A stretch of DNA of 64,000 nt, taken from assembly GCA_965243025.1 (NCBI GenBank), contig CBDETY010000003.1, positions 704,001 through 768,000 on the forward strand. Reading direction: 5' to 3'. Source of the stretch: Candidatus Latescibacterota bacterium. Its GTDB lineage: Bacteria; Latescibacterota; UBA2968; UBA8231. The notes under the pieces were generated by a model. The model searched no databases, was not told the DNA's origin, and worked only from the letters and a program-made list of their open reading frames with translations. The translations under genes were made by a program, and so were the position numbers. This document shows, piece by piece, positions 19,062 through 28,278 of the stretch (positions within the stretch are counted from its first letter, which is position 1; the number at the start of each line of letters is the position of its first letter).

Positions 19062-20456
19062 ATGAGCGAAGAGATCTGTTTTGACGACGCCACCGGGCTC
19101 GCCGCGCGAATACGCGCAAGGGAGCTTTCGCCGGTGGAGGTCACGGCCGCCTTCCTCGACCGGATAGAAGCGGCAGACCCCGGGGTCCACGCCCTCGTTA
19201 CCCTGGCCGGCGGCGCCCTCGAGCAGGCGCGGAAGGCGGAGACGGCGGCGGTCCGGGGCGAGTTCCGCGGGCCCCTGCACGGGGTGCCGTTCACCGCCAA
19301 GGACTGCTTCGACACCGCGGGGGTGAGAACGACCCGGGGTTCGCTGATCTTCTCCGACCTCGTGCCGGATACCGATGCCGAGGCGGTCGGCAGGCTCAAG
19401 GCAGCCGGGGGCATCCTTCTCGGCAAGACCAACCTGCCGGAGTTCGCGCTGCGGGCGGAGACCGCCAACCGCCTGTTCGACCGCACCCTCCACCCCATGG
19501 ACCCGGAGCGCACCTGCGGGGGTTCGAGCGGGGGCGAGGCCGCGGCGGTCTCCTCCGGTCTCTCCCCCCTCGGGATCGGCACCGATCTCGGAGGCTCCAA
19601 CCGGCTGCCCTCCCACTACTGCGGCAACGTCGGCTTCAAGCCGACCCACGGCCGCATCCCCCTGACCGGTTCGTGGCCGGAGCTGACCTGCCGCCACATG
19701 CACGTGGGGCCGCTCTGCCGCAGCGTTCGCGACGCCGCCCTGGCGCTGTCGGTGCTGTCGGGCCCCGACGGGGAGGACCCCTACGCCACGTCGGAACCGT
19801 TCCGGTTGGAGCAGGAAGCGGAAGGCGGGATCGCCGGCCTGAGGGTCGGGGTGTTCGCCGAAGGGCCGTTCGCGCCGGTGGAGAAGGAGATTCGCGGCGC
19901 CGTGTCCCGGGCGGCTGCGGCCCTGGAAGGGGCGGGGTGCCTGGTCGAGGAGGTCGATTTCGACTGGTCGGACAGGATGCCGATCGACGTCTGCATGACC
20001 ATGGTCAGGGCCGAGCTCGGGCCTTGTCTCGAGCCTTTCATCGAGGGCCGGGAGGAAGAGCTGAGCGAGCCGATCCGGGGGCTGCTCGACCTGCCGCGGC
20101 CCTCCCTGGAGGAGTTCCTCGGATCGATGGACAAACGCGACCTGCTGGCCCGGGACATGGCCGGTTTCTTCGCCGGCCACGAACTGCTGCTCTGTCCGAC
20201 GTCCCCTGTCACCGCGCACGGGCACGAAGCGGAGACGCTGCCCATAGACGGCGATGAGGCCGGGCCGGGCCACGCCGCGAACATCACCGCGGCCTTCGGT
20301 CTGGTCGGTTGTCCGGCCGTGTCCGTGCCGTTCGCCAAGAGCGGGGAAGGGCTGCCGATCGGGGTCCAGGTGGCGGCCCGGCATTTCGACGAGGCCACCC
20401 TGTTCCGGGCGGCGGGCGCGCTCGAATCCGCTGGGGGGCAGAGCCGCGGGGTCTGA
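19062..20456 (+). CDS. Amidase signature family protein
   Basis: GPLHGVPFTAKD, GKTNLPEF, GGSSGGEAAAV, GTDLGGSNR. Confidence 0.92.
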   Translation: MSEEICFDDATGLAARIRARELSPVEVTAAFLDRIEAADPGVHALVTLAGGALEQARKAETAAVRGEFRGPLHGVPFTAKDCFDTAGVRTTRGSLIFSDLVPDTDAEAVGRLKAAGGILLGKTNLPEFALRAETANRLFDRTLHPMDPERTCGGSSGGEAAAVSSGLSPLGIGTDLGGSNRLPSHYCGNVGFKPTHGRIPLTGSWPELTCRHMHVGPLCRSVRDAALALSVLSGPDGEDPYATSEPFRLEQEAEGGIAGLRVGVFAEGPFAPVEKEIRGAVSRAAAALEGAGCLVEEVDFDWSDRMPIDVCMTMVRAELGPCLEPFIEGREEELSEPIRGLLDLPRPSLEEFLGSMDKRDLLARDMAGFFAGHELLLCPTSPVTAHGHEAETLPIDGDEAGPGHAANITAAFGLVGCPAVSVPFAKSGEGLPIGVQVAARHFDEATLFRAAGALESAGGQSRGV

Positions 20457-20587
20457 CCCCGCCCGGCGCTGGCCGCAGGGATTCGCCGGGTAAGCTGTTG
20501 CCGGTGAAGGTTACGGGCGGTCAGGGCCGCGGACCTGCCCCGGCCTCGGGAGGGTCCAGGGGAATTCCGGGGGGGCGCCTGTTCCGC

Positions 20588-21361
20588 TCACCCCTTCGGC
20601 ACCACCATGGCGCGGTCGCCGTAGGGGATCGTGTCCATCCCGGTGTCGTAGATGCGCTCGAGGAAATCGCGGTCCCACGGCCGCTCTGCGGCCGGCAGCC
20701 GCTCGACTTTTCCCTCCTTCAGGAAGATGAAGTGGTCCCCGTAGAGGAAGGCGCTGTTGGGGTCGTGGAGGACGGCGAGGACGGTGAGGTCGGCGTCGAC
20801 GAGCTCGCGGATCAGGCGCAGGAGGTGGGCCGAGTTGAGGAAGTCGAGGTGGGAGGTCGGCTCGTCCAGGAGAATGAGTCGCGGCTGCTGGGCGAGGACG
20901 CGGGCGATGCGGACCATCTGCTGCTCGCCGCCCGACAGCTCGGTGTAGGGGCGTTCTCTCAGGTGGAGGATGCCTATCCGCCGCAGGGCCTCGACGGCGA
21001 TATCGAGGTCCTCCTGCCTGGGCGCATAGCTCACGTAGCTGGCGCGGCCGGTCAGCACAACGTCCTCGACGGCGAAGGGGAAGACCGGGCGGTGATGCTG
21101 CGGCAGGTACCCGAGGACCTTTGCCCGCCCCCGGGTCGAGAAGGAGCGCAGCTCCTCCCCCATGATACGGACCTCGCCGCGGTCGAACTCGAGCATGCCC
21201 CCCAGGATGCGCATGAGCGTCGACTTGCCGCTGCCGTTCTTGCCGAGCAGCACCGTGAACTGCCCCGAGGGAATCTCGAGGGAGACCTCGTCGAGGATCG
21301 GCCTCTCCTCGTAGGCGAAGGAGAGCTTCTCGACCGTTATCGCCGGGGTCAGTCCTCCCAT
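20588..21361 (-). CDS. ABC transporter ATP-binding protein (FepC/BtuD-like, iron-chelate/cobalamin type)
   Basis: GKNGSGKST, LSGGEQQ, LLDEPT, LHD. Confidence 0.92.
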   Translation of the reverse strand: MGGLTPAITVEKLSFAYEERPILDEVSLEIPSGQFTVLLGKNGSGKSTLMRILGGMLEFDRGEVRIMGEELRSFSTRGRAKVLGYLPQHHRPVFPFAVEDVVLTGRASYVSYAPRQEDLDIAVEALRRIGILHLRERPYTELSGGEQQMVRIARVLAQQPRLILLDEPTSHLDFLNSAHLLRLIRELVDADLTVLAVLHDPNSAFLYGDHFIFLKEGKVERLPAAERPWDRDFLERIYDTGMDTIPYGDRAMVVPKG

Positions 21362-22356
21362 CCGATCCGCGCCCTCTTTAAAAGGAAAATGAAGAACGGC
21401 CCCCCGAGCAGGGTGGTGAAGACCCCGACCGGGATCTCGAAGGAGGCCAGCGTTCGCGAGCAGGTGTCGACGAGCAGCAGGAAGGCGCCGCCGAAGGCGA
21501 AGGACGCCGGCAGGGTGTGGCGGTTGTCCGGCCCCAGCAGCATGCGCACCATGTGCGGAACCGCCAGTCCGATCATGCCGATGACCCCGGCCACGGCGAT
21601 CGCCGCGGAGGCCGCAAGGGTCGCCGGCACCAGGATCAGCACCCGTTCCCGCTCCGGGTTCAGCCCGACCGCCCGGGTCTCCTCGTCCCCCTGGGCGAGC
21701 ACGTTCATGCGCCAGCGGAACAGGAACAGCCAGATGACGCCGATCCCGATCCCGGGGGCCGCGGAGCGCAGCTTTGCCCAGCTCGAGTTGTGCAGGTTGC
21801 CCATGGTCCAGTGGACGATGGTCTGCAGCTTGTAGGGGTCGGTGAGGAACTGGACGATGGTCAGCAGGGCGGTGAAGATACCGGTGACGATCACTCCCGA
21901 GAGGATCAGGGAGACCACCGACACGGTCTTGCGGGTGCGGGCCAGGAAGTAGGCGAGGCCGACGGCGAAAAGGGCGAAGCCGAAGGCGGTCGGCTGCACC
22001 GGCAGCAACGGCAGGCTCAGGGCGAGGGCGGCGCCGAAGGCGGCCCCGGAGGAGAGACCGAGGATGTAGGGGGCGACGAGGGGGTTGCGAAACAGCGCCT
22101 GCAGGGCGTTGCCGGCCGCCGCCAGAGAGCCTCCCACCAGGAAGGTGAGGATGATCCGGGGCATCCGCACCTCCCAGACAATGGTGCCGACCAGGGCCTC
22201 TTCCGGGCCGGGGGACGGCTCGCGGAAGACGAGGCCGTAGAGCCAGGACAGGATCTTCCCGGCCTCGGCGCTCGCGGACGGTCCCAGCAGCAGCGAGCCG
22301 AAGAGCACGGGCAGGGGAAAAAGGTAGATGACGCGGCGCCGCAGGGTGGCGTTCAT
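21349..22356 (-). CDS. FecCD/BtuC family ABC permease
   Basis: RMPRI, QALFRNPL, GLSSGA, IGLAVPH, EIPVG. Confidence 0.92.
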   Translation of the reverse strand: MNATLRRRVIYLFPLPVLFGSLLLGPSASAEAGKILSWLYGLVFREPSPGPEEALVGTIVWEVRMPRIILTFLVGGSLAAAGNALQALFRNPLVAPYILGLSSGAAFGAALALSLPLLPVQPTAFGFALFAVGLAYFLARTRKTVSVVSLILSGVIVTGIFTALLTIVQFLTDPYKLQTIVHWTMGNLHNSSWAKLRSAAPGIGIGVIWLFLFRWRMNVLAQGDEETRAVGLNPERERVLILVPATLAASAAIAVAGVIGMIGLAVPHMVRMLLGPDNRHTLPASFAFGGAFLLLVDTCSRTLASFEIPVGVFTTLLGGPFFIFLLKRARIGWED

Positions 22357-22593
22357 CGGCTGTGAACCGGGAAATGCATCGGAAACGGGCGAATTCGGGG
22401 TTGACCGGGCGCGGAAAAAGATAGAGCGGCCAACCCCGGCCGGCTAACCCGCCCCCTGAGATAAATGCCGCTGAACAGGGGTCTCGGGGAGGTCCTCGTG
22501 TCCCCTTTTTGGTCCCCCTTTTCAGCTTCACTTTTCAGCTTCATATGTTGTTGCTTTTTCCACAATATGTAATGATATTGGACGCAATTCGAG

Positions 22594-22734
22594 AGGCATT
22601 GCAGCCCCTTTTCTGCCCAATTCCACCAGATGGAGGCCACTATGAAGTTCGTTTTGCTTTACCCAGGCATTGCAGCCAGATTCACTTTTTCCAATTCCAC
22701 CGGATGGAGGCCACAATGAAGTTCGTTTTGCTTT
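22594..22734 (+). repeat. ~70-bp imperfect tandem duplication of the 5' UTR, RBS and first codons of the lipoprotein gene
   Basis: AGGCATTGCAGCC..CCAATTCCACC.GATGGAGGCCAC.ATGAAGTTCGTTTTGCTTT occurs at 22594-22660 and again at 22665-22734. Confidence 0.9.
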
Positions 22735-23321
22735 CCCTGATCGCCTGCGTTTTCACCCTGATCGCCTGCACCGACCGCGACCCTGTTTCTTCCAAACAGC
22801 CGGGGACGGACACGGAGGCGGCCGCCAAGCGCATCAGCAGCGCAAGGACCACGAGCGCTCCCGTAGCGGGTGTGGCCGAATCCAAGGACATGGATGACGG
22901 CATGGGCATGGACGACGAAGGGATGGACGACGAAGGGATGGACGACGAAGGGATGGACGACGAAGGGATGGACGACGAAGGGATGGACGACGAAGGGATG
23001 GACGACGAAGGGATGGATGACGAAGGGATGGATGACGAAGGGATGGATGACGAAGGGATGGATGACGAGGGCATGGATGACGAAGGGATGGATGACGAGG
23101 GCATGGACGACGAAGGGATGGACGACGAAGGGATGGATGACGAAGGGATGGACGACGAGGGTATGGACGACGAAGGGATGGATGACGAAGGGATGGACGA
23201 CGAGGGTATGGACGACGAAGGGATGGACGACGAGGGTATGGATGACGGTGGAACCGATGACGGTGGAACCGATGACGGTGGAACCGATGATGGAGGCACC
23301 GACGACTCCTCGGGTAGCTGA
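22716..23321 (+). CDS. Lipoprotein with an acidic, Met-rich (MDDEG)n repeat tail
   Basis: RBS GGAGG. Signal peptide with lipobox LIA-C. Then 22 x MDDEG, MDDGG and 3 x TDDGG. Synonymous third-position variation supports this reading frame. Confidence 0.82.
   Translation: MKFVLLSLIACVFTLIACTDRDPVSSKQPGTDTEAAAKRISSARTTSAPVAGVAESKDMDDGMGMDDEGMDDEGMDDEGMDDEGMDDEGMDDEGMDDEGMDDEGMDDEGMDDEGMDDEGMDDEGMDDEGMDDEGMDDEGMDDEGMDDEGMDDEGMDDEGMDDEGMDDEGMDDEGMDDGGTDDGGTDDGGTDDGGTDDSSGS
22908..23306 (+). repeat. 15-bp coding tandem repeat (ATGGAYGACGARGGN), about 26.5 copies
   Basis: Directly visible. 22 units run from 22908 to 23237, followed by degenerate GAYGAYGGWGGN units. Confidence 0.97.
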
Positions 23322-23386
23322 GGTAAGCGTTTGAGGATCGGCCCCTTGGTACAGGAGGTCGGTTCCGCATAGAACCAGGAACAGAC

Positions 23387-23428
23387 AGAAGAAGCCCCCG
23401 GTGGCCTTTGCCCCCGGGGGCTTCTTCT
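23387..23428 (+). terminator. Rho-independent terminator
   Basis: Inverted repeat AGAAGAAGCCCCCGG / CCGGGGGCTTCTTCT downstream of the repeat lipoprotein. Confidence 0.8.
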
Positions 23429-23554
23429 ATAGAGGGGGAACTTCAGACTCGGTCCCGGCGTTTGCCAGGAAGCAGATGCGCATCATGAAAACCCTTCAGG
23501 CCCCGAAAGAAACAGATTCCGTTTTCTGCTCTTTTCGCCGAATGGAGGTTTCTC

Positions 23555-24434
23555 ATGAAGTTCCTTCTGTTTTCCCTGCTCGTTTGCGTCCTCACGCTTG
23601 GCGCGTGCACCGACCGCGACCCTGTTTCTTCCAATCACTCGTCCGTGGACCCGGAAGGGTCCGCCAAGCGCGTAAGCAGCGCCAGGACTACAAGCGTTCC
23701 TGTAGCGGGTCTTTCCGAGTCGCGGCCGAAGCCGCCCGAAATGTTGGACGAGGCGATGGGCCCGCAGGCGTTCAAGGTCGCGATCGAAAATGTCACCACC
23801 GGGGAAGCGCCTTATCACCTGGCCCCGGGCGTATTCGTCGTCCACAGGGACGGTCAGCCCCTGTTCACCGAGGGTGAAGTGGAGCGCGGCGAGGGCCTCG
23901 AACCCCTGGCTGAAGACGGCAATCCCGGGCCCCTCTCAAGCAATTGGCGCCACGGTGTTCAATACGCCCGAGGGCAGCGACATGCCCGGGCCCCTGGGCC
24001 CAGGTGGTGGAATGGGTCCGGGTAACAGCTACGTCTTCGAGTTCGAGGCCGGAGAGGGCAGCTACCTGTCGTTTGCCACCATGCTGGTCCAGTCAAACGA
24101 CCTGTTCTTCGCTCCCGATGCGACCGGTATCGCCCTGTTCGAGGACGGCTACCCCATCAAGGGGGAAATAACCGGCCGGATCATGCTCTGGGACGCCGGC
24201 ACCGAGGTCAACCAAGAGCCCGGGACCGGTCCCGATCAGCCGATGAATCAGTCCGGACCGAACACAGGTGAGGACGAGGGCGGCGCGGTTCGTCTGGTAG
24301 ACGACGAGTTCGAATACCCGGAGACCGCCAGCGTCATCGCGGTGACCATCACCCCCTTGAAGGGCATGATGGACGATGAAGACGGGATGGCTGGCGACGA
24401 CGACGGAATGGAGGACGACGAGACCGACGGCTGA
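23555..24434 (+). pseudogene. Spondin_N-like domain lipoprotein, frameshifted near 23935 (or a sequencing error)
   Basis: ORF 23555 (lipobox LGA-C; APGVFVVH..LF..G..LAEDGNP) continues in another frame as ..LSFATMLVQSNDLF..LWDAGTEVN. It ends in the acidic tail MMDDEDGMAGDDDGMEDD. Confidence 0.8.
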
Positions 24435-24505
24435 CGCAAGGCCAGCCTGGGAGAACCGGTTTTCTGGTACAGAAGGCCGGTTCCGGGAAGTAACGGAAAC
24501 ACCGG

Positions 24506-24547
24506 AAAGCCCCCGGGGGCCGGTATTGCCGCCGGGGGCTTTTTCTT
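24506..24547 (+). terminator. Rho-independent terminator
   Basis: AAAGCCCCCGG..CCGGGGGCTTTTT, homologous to the terminator at 23387. Confidence 0.8.
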
Positions 24548-24678
24548 GCCGTTGCCCCGGCAAGGGCTGCCGAAGGAGGGCTGCATGCCAGCTTGCAAGG
24601 CGGAGAGGGGACTTGCCCTCGACCGCGCCGTTCAGCCCCACCGGGCCGGGGTCCGACCCGAGGCGACAATTCGGGGGG

Positions 24679-25767
24679 TCAGCCACTCCCCCCGCGGAGC
24701 AGCTTGAGGAACTTCCCCTGCTGGCTTGCCAGGGAGTACCCGGCCTCGACCCGTTCCCTTCCCTCACGGCCCATCCGCGCCCGCAGCTCGGGGTCGGCGG
24801 CCAGCGCCAACAGCTTCTCCTCCCACTGCTCATCGGTGCCGGCGAGGTACCCCGTGACTCCGTCCACCACGATTTCGGCGTTGATCCCGACCGGGCTTGC
24901 GACTACAGGCAAGGCGCTCGCCATGTACTGGAGCAGCTTGTACCCCCCCTTCCCGAGGGTCCAGGGATCTTCGGTAAGCGGCATGATCCCGATGTCGAAC
25001 CCGGACAGGTCGCCGCTCTCCTCCTCCAGCCTCCACTCCTTCCTCTCCACCGGCACCCCGGCCCAGGACCAGGAGGCCGCCCCGACGAGGCGCAGCCTGA
25101 TCCCGGGGCAGCGCTTCCCCAACCGCGCCAGGGGAACCTGCAGAAGGTCGAGGTACTGGGCCGACGAGGCGCTTCCGATCCACCCGACGACCACGGTCTC
25201 TCCGGCGCGCCTGCCGCCGGCAGGCGGGCGGATGGCCTCGGTATCCACCGGCCCCGTGATCCTGGTGACCCTGCAGTAGCGGGCGGCGTAGTTGCCGGTG
25301 TAGTCGTTCTCGACGACAGCCCCCTCCGCCAGCTTCAGCATCGCCGGCAGGCCGCGGCGGTTGCGGCGCTCCTTCCAGGCCGCGGTCCAGTGGAGGCCGC
25401 GGATCTCGCTGGTGAAGATGGCGTCGTCGAAGTCGAACAGCACCGGCGGCCGCCGCAACCGCAGCAGGACTCTCACAGGCCAGGGAAAGATGACCTTCTG
25501 GACGAACAGCAGGTCGAAGCCCAGGCTCGACCGCCAGGCTCGCCACCCGCACAGCAGGGTTCGCCACCAGGTGTGGATGTAATAGAAGATCTTGCGCCAG
25601 GGTCTCCGGGTCGCCAGTAGTCCGGAACCCTCGGTCCCGCCGTCCGGGACGACGGTGATCACCCGGGTCTCGAAGCCGTGACGGTGCAGGTAAGGGAGGT
25701 ACTGGAAGACCCGCGTCCGGCTGCTCGCCATCGATGGGCCGTACTGGGTTACGAACAGGACCCGCAT
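24679..25767 (-). CDS. Glycosyltransferase family 4
   Basis: SSRTRV, FDFDDAIF, GWIGS, KLLQYMASALPVVASPVG. Confidence 0.9.
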   Translation of the reverse strand: MRVLFVTQYGPSMASSRTRVFQYLPYLHRHGFETRVITVVPDGGTEGSGLLATRRPWRKIFYYIHTWWRTLLCGWRAWRSSLGFDLLFVQKVIFPWPVRVLLRLRRPPVLFDFDDAIFTSEIRGLHWTAAWKERRNRRGLPAMLKLAEGAVVENDYTGNYAARYCRVTRITGPVDTEAIRPPAGGRRAGETVVVGWIGSASSAQYLDLLQVPLARLGKRCPGIRLRLVGAASWSWAGVPVERKEWRLEEESGDLSGFDIGIMPLTEDPWTLGKGGYKLLQYMASALPVVASPVGINAEIVVDGVTGYLAGTDEQWEEKLLALAADPELRARMGREGRERVEAGYSLASQQGKFLKLLRGGSG

Positions 25768-26059
25768 GAATCAGACCTCGGTGTGTCGGGAACGACCTCC
25801 TCCCCCGGTGTGTCCGCAGGTTCCGGCCCGGGGAAAGGGGCCTCCAATGCGAAGTCGCCCGGAGGCGGAAGGCCTTGAAAAGTCTACCAAATACAGTGCG
25901 CTTGTTGAACAGGGCGGGTATTCGCCCGGGGTGAGGCCCTGCTGTCCCGGTCACCTCCCATGGGCAAACAGGAAAATTTTTCCTTGATCCGGCATCCGGC
26001 GCGGCCGTTTTTAGCACCTCAAACGGGGCGGCATCCCAAGCCAATAAGGGAGGAGAAAG

Positions 26060-27427
26060 ATGAACACGGAGTTGAGTTCCCTCAGTGTCATTTTCACCGA
26101 GTTCTACTACTGGCTGACGGTGGTGCTCATGTTCTTCATCCACGTGGGGTTCTGCATGTACGAGGTCGGGGTCTCCCGGCACAAGAACCACGTACACACG
26201 CTGATGAAGAACACGATGCTGATACCGCTTGTCACCATCACGTTCTTCTTCTTCGGCTGGTGGATCTATTTCGCCTTCCCCAACGGCCCCGGCTTCACCG
26301 GCGGCCTCGTCGAGGCCCCTCACGCGGTCGCCTGGAGCGAGCTGATGGGCCCGCACATGGGGGGCGCCGGCGACCCCGACGGCTGGGCGCGGCTCAACGG
26401 GGTTTTCTGGGCGGCCTTTCTCCTGTTCTCCTGGACCGCGGCCTCCATCGTCTCCGGGTCGGTGATCGAGCGCATTCGCTCCTCGGCCTTCTGGATCCTG
26501 GCGATCCTGATCGGTTCGGTGTTCTGGGTCATCGACGCGGCCTGGGGATGGCACGCCGAAGGCTGGATGGTGAAGCTGCTCGGCTACCACGACGCCTATG
26601 CCTCCGGAGTGATCCACGCCATTGCCGGCGGCTTCGCCCTCGGCGTCCTGGTGGTGCTCGGTCCCCGCATCGGCAAGTTCGCCCCCGACGGCACCCCGAG
26701 AAGCCTGAACCCCCGCAATCCCTGGCTGGTGACCATCGGACTGTTCCTTATCTACACCGGCTTCTGGGGCTTCTACGTCGCCTGCAACGTGCCGATGTGG
26801 GACGTGCAGAGCGGCGACGGCAGCTTCTACTCGGCCACCAACATCTACCTCGCTCCCACGACCCTGTCGGCGATCACCGTGAACTTCCTCATGGCGCTGT
26901 CCGGCGGACTGCTCGCCGGTTACGTCATCTCCAGGGGGGACGCCTACTGGACCTATTCCTCCGGTCTGGCCGGCATCATCGCGGCGTCGGCCGGCAACGA
27001 CCTGTACCACCCGATCCAGGCGATGATCATCGCCGCCCTCGGCGTCCTGTTCATGTACAAGATGCACTACTGGGTCGAACGCCGGTTCAAGGTCGACGAC
27101 GCGGTCGGCGCGGTGGCGGTGCACGGCTACGCCGGGTTCTTCGGGGTCGTCATCTGCGGCTTCGTGCTCTGGGGCTATCCCTCCTCGCCGGACGACAGCT
27201 TCGCCAGCATCAATCCCCTGGGACAGATCGCCGGCGCCGTGATCATGTTCTTCGTGCTGGGCTTCATCCCGGGCTGGATCGCCGCAAAAATCTTAAACGC
27301 CTTGGGCGGGCTCCGCATTCCGCGCCAGATCGAGCTGGCGGGCCTCGACTTCGGCACCGCCCACGACCGCGCGCAGGAGGAGCAGGGCATCATCGACGCC
27401 GAGCGCGAGGAGCTCGGCAGGATCTGA
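26060..27427 (+). CDS. amt: Ammonium transporter (Amt) family protein
   Basis: Many TM helices; GFCMYEVG, IVSGSVIER, D..ASGVIH, GPRIGKF, DDAVGAVAVHG (twin His retained). Confidence 0.92.
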   Translation: MNTELSSLSVIFTEFYYWLTVVLMFFIHVGFCMYEVGVSRHKNHVHTLMKNTMLIPLVTITFFFFGWWIYFAFPNGPGFTGGLVEAPHAVAWSELMGPHMGGAGDPDGWARLNGVFWAAFLLFSWTAASIVSGSVIERIRSSAFWILAILIGSVFWVIDAAWGWHAEGWMVKLLGYHDAYASGVIHAIAGGFALGVLVVLGPRIGKFAPDGTPRSLNPRNPWLVTIGLFLIYTGFWGFYVACNVPMWDVQSGDGSFYSATNIYLAPTTLSAITVNFLMALSGGLLAGYVISRGDAYWTYSSGLAGIIAASAGNDLYHPIQAMIIAALGVLFMYKMHYWVERRFKVDDAVGAVAVHGYAGFFGVVICGFVLWGYPSSPDDSFASINPLGQIAGAVIMFFVLGFIPGWIAAKILNALGGLRIPRQIELAGLDFGTAHDRAQEEQGIIDAEREELGRI

Positions 27428-27496
27428 TCCGTCCGATGTCCCCGAGGGGCGAGGAAATCGGAGCATAAACAGCATACCGGAATACGGGAGAAAGTC

Positions 27497-27730
27497 ATGA
27501 CTACGGGAAACGTCGAAAGCTGGGGGGGCAACATTTCCGAGATCGGCCCCCTGTACCCCTTCGTCGGTCTGGAGGGCCTGCTGTTCGTTGTCGGGTTGGC
27601 CCTGTGGATCGTCTGGCACGTCCTGCAGATCCGCACCGAGACGCAGAGCTACGAGGACGAGATTCAGAGGTTCGGCGACAAGGAGACGCTGCAGAAGATC
27701 CTCGACTCCGAGGATCCGTACGCTCCCTGA
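27497..27730 (+). CDS. Small single-pass membrane protein downstream of amt
   Basis: 77 aa with RBS: SW..I.EIGPLYPFVGLE, then a TM helix ending WHVLQ. Confidence 0.7.
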   Translation: MTTGNVESWGGNISEIGPLYPFVGLEGLLFVVGLALWIVWHVLQIRTETQSYEDEIQRFGDKETLQKILDSEDPYAP

Positions 27731-27775
27731 GGAGCTTTCTTCAGCAGAAGCTGCAGGTTGTGGGGCCGGGCGGGT

Positions 27776-28171
27776 TCAATGTCCGGTTCCCGGTCCCGCA
27801 ACCCCCTCCACCCTGACCGGCGTCCCGGTCTTCGGCCGCCGCGCCCCAATCGCACAGTGTGCCTTCGCGGTCCCCGGGTTCGCATCTCGCGGAGTTGCGG
27901 GCTCGGCACAGACTGACCCGGTAGCCTCCGGGGCAGTGCCCACCTTCCGGCTCAGCTTTCTGCCCAGCTCCTGCGGCACATGGGGCCAGACTTCCGTCTC
28001 CAGAAATCGGCGCAACCGTTCTCCACGATCACTGCCGGCGCCCTCGCAGGCCAGCCGCGCCCGCCGCTCCTCCAGGGATCGGCGCACTGCCTCGGTCTTG
28101 CTCTCGCCGGTAAGCTGTGCGACCTCCCCGACAAGCCGCTCGACCTCCTTGTTCTTGATGTTCAGGCTCAT
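27776..28171 (-). pseudogene. Type II antitoxin (VapB, Rv0623/PSK_trans_fac-like), orphan, with aberrant C-terminus
   Basis: MSLNIKNKEVERLVGEVAQLTGESKTEAVRRSLEERRARL behind an AGGAGG RBS. After GRKLSRK the sequence is not family-like, and no PIN toxin follows. Confidence 0.7.
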
Positions 28172-28278
28172 AGTCCTCCTTCGCCGTGTCACCGGAACAA
28201 CCAGAGAAGCATGTCTGGAAGGAGATGGAAGAAAGGCAGAAAAAATCAACTATGGTGGAAAGCAGGGTCGGGCGCGCC

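Noticed and set aside
22908-23306. CRISPR array
   Set aside because: The units are contiguous 15-mers with no unique spacers, vary at synonymous positions, and no cas genes are present.
22406-28276. CGGGCGCG at both ends of the inserted block as a target-site duplication
   Set aside because: An 8-bp all-GC match is expected by chance at this GC content, and no integrase or transposase is present.
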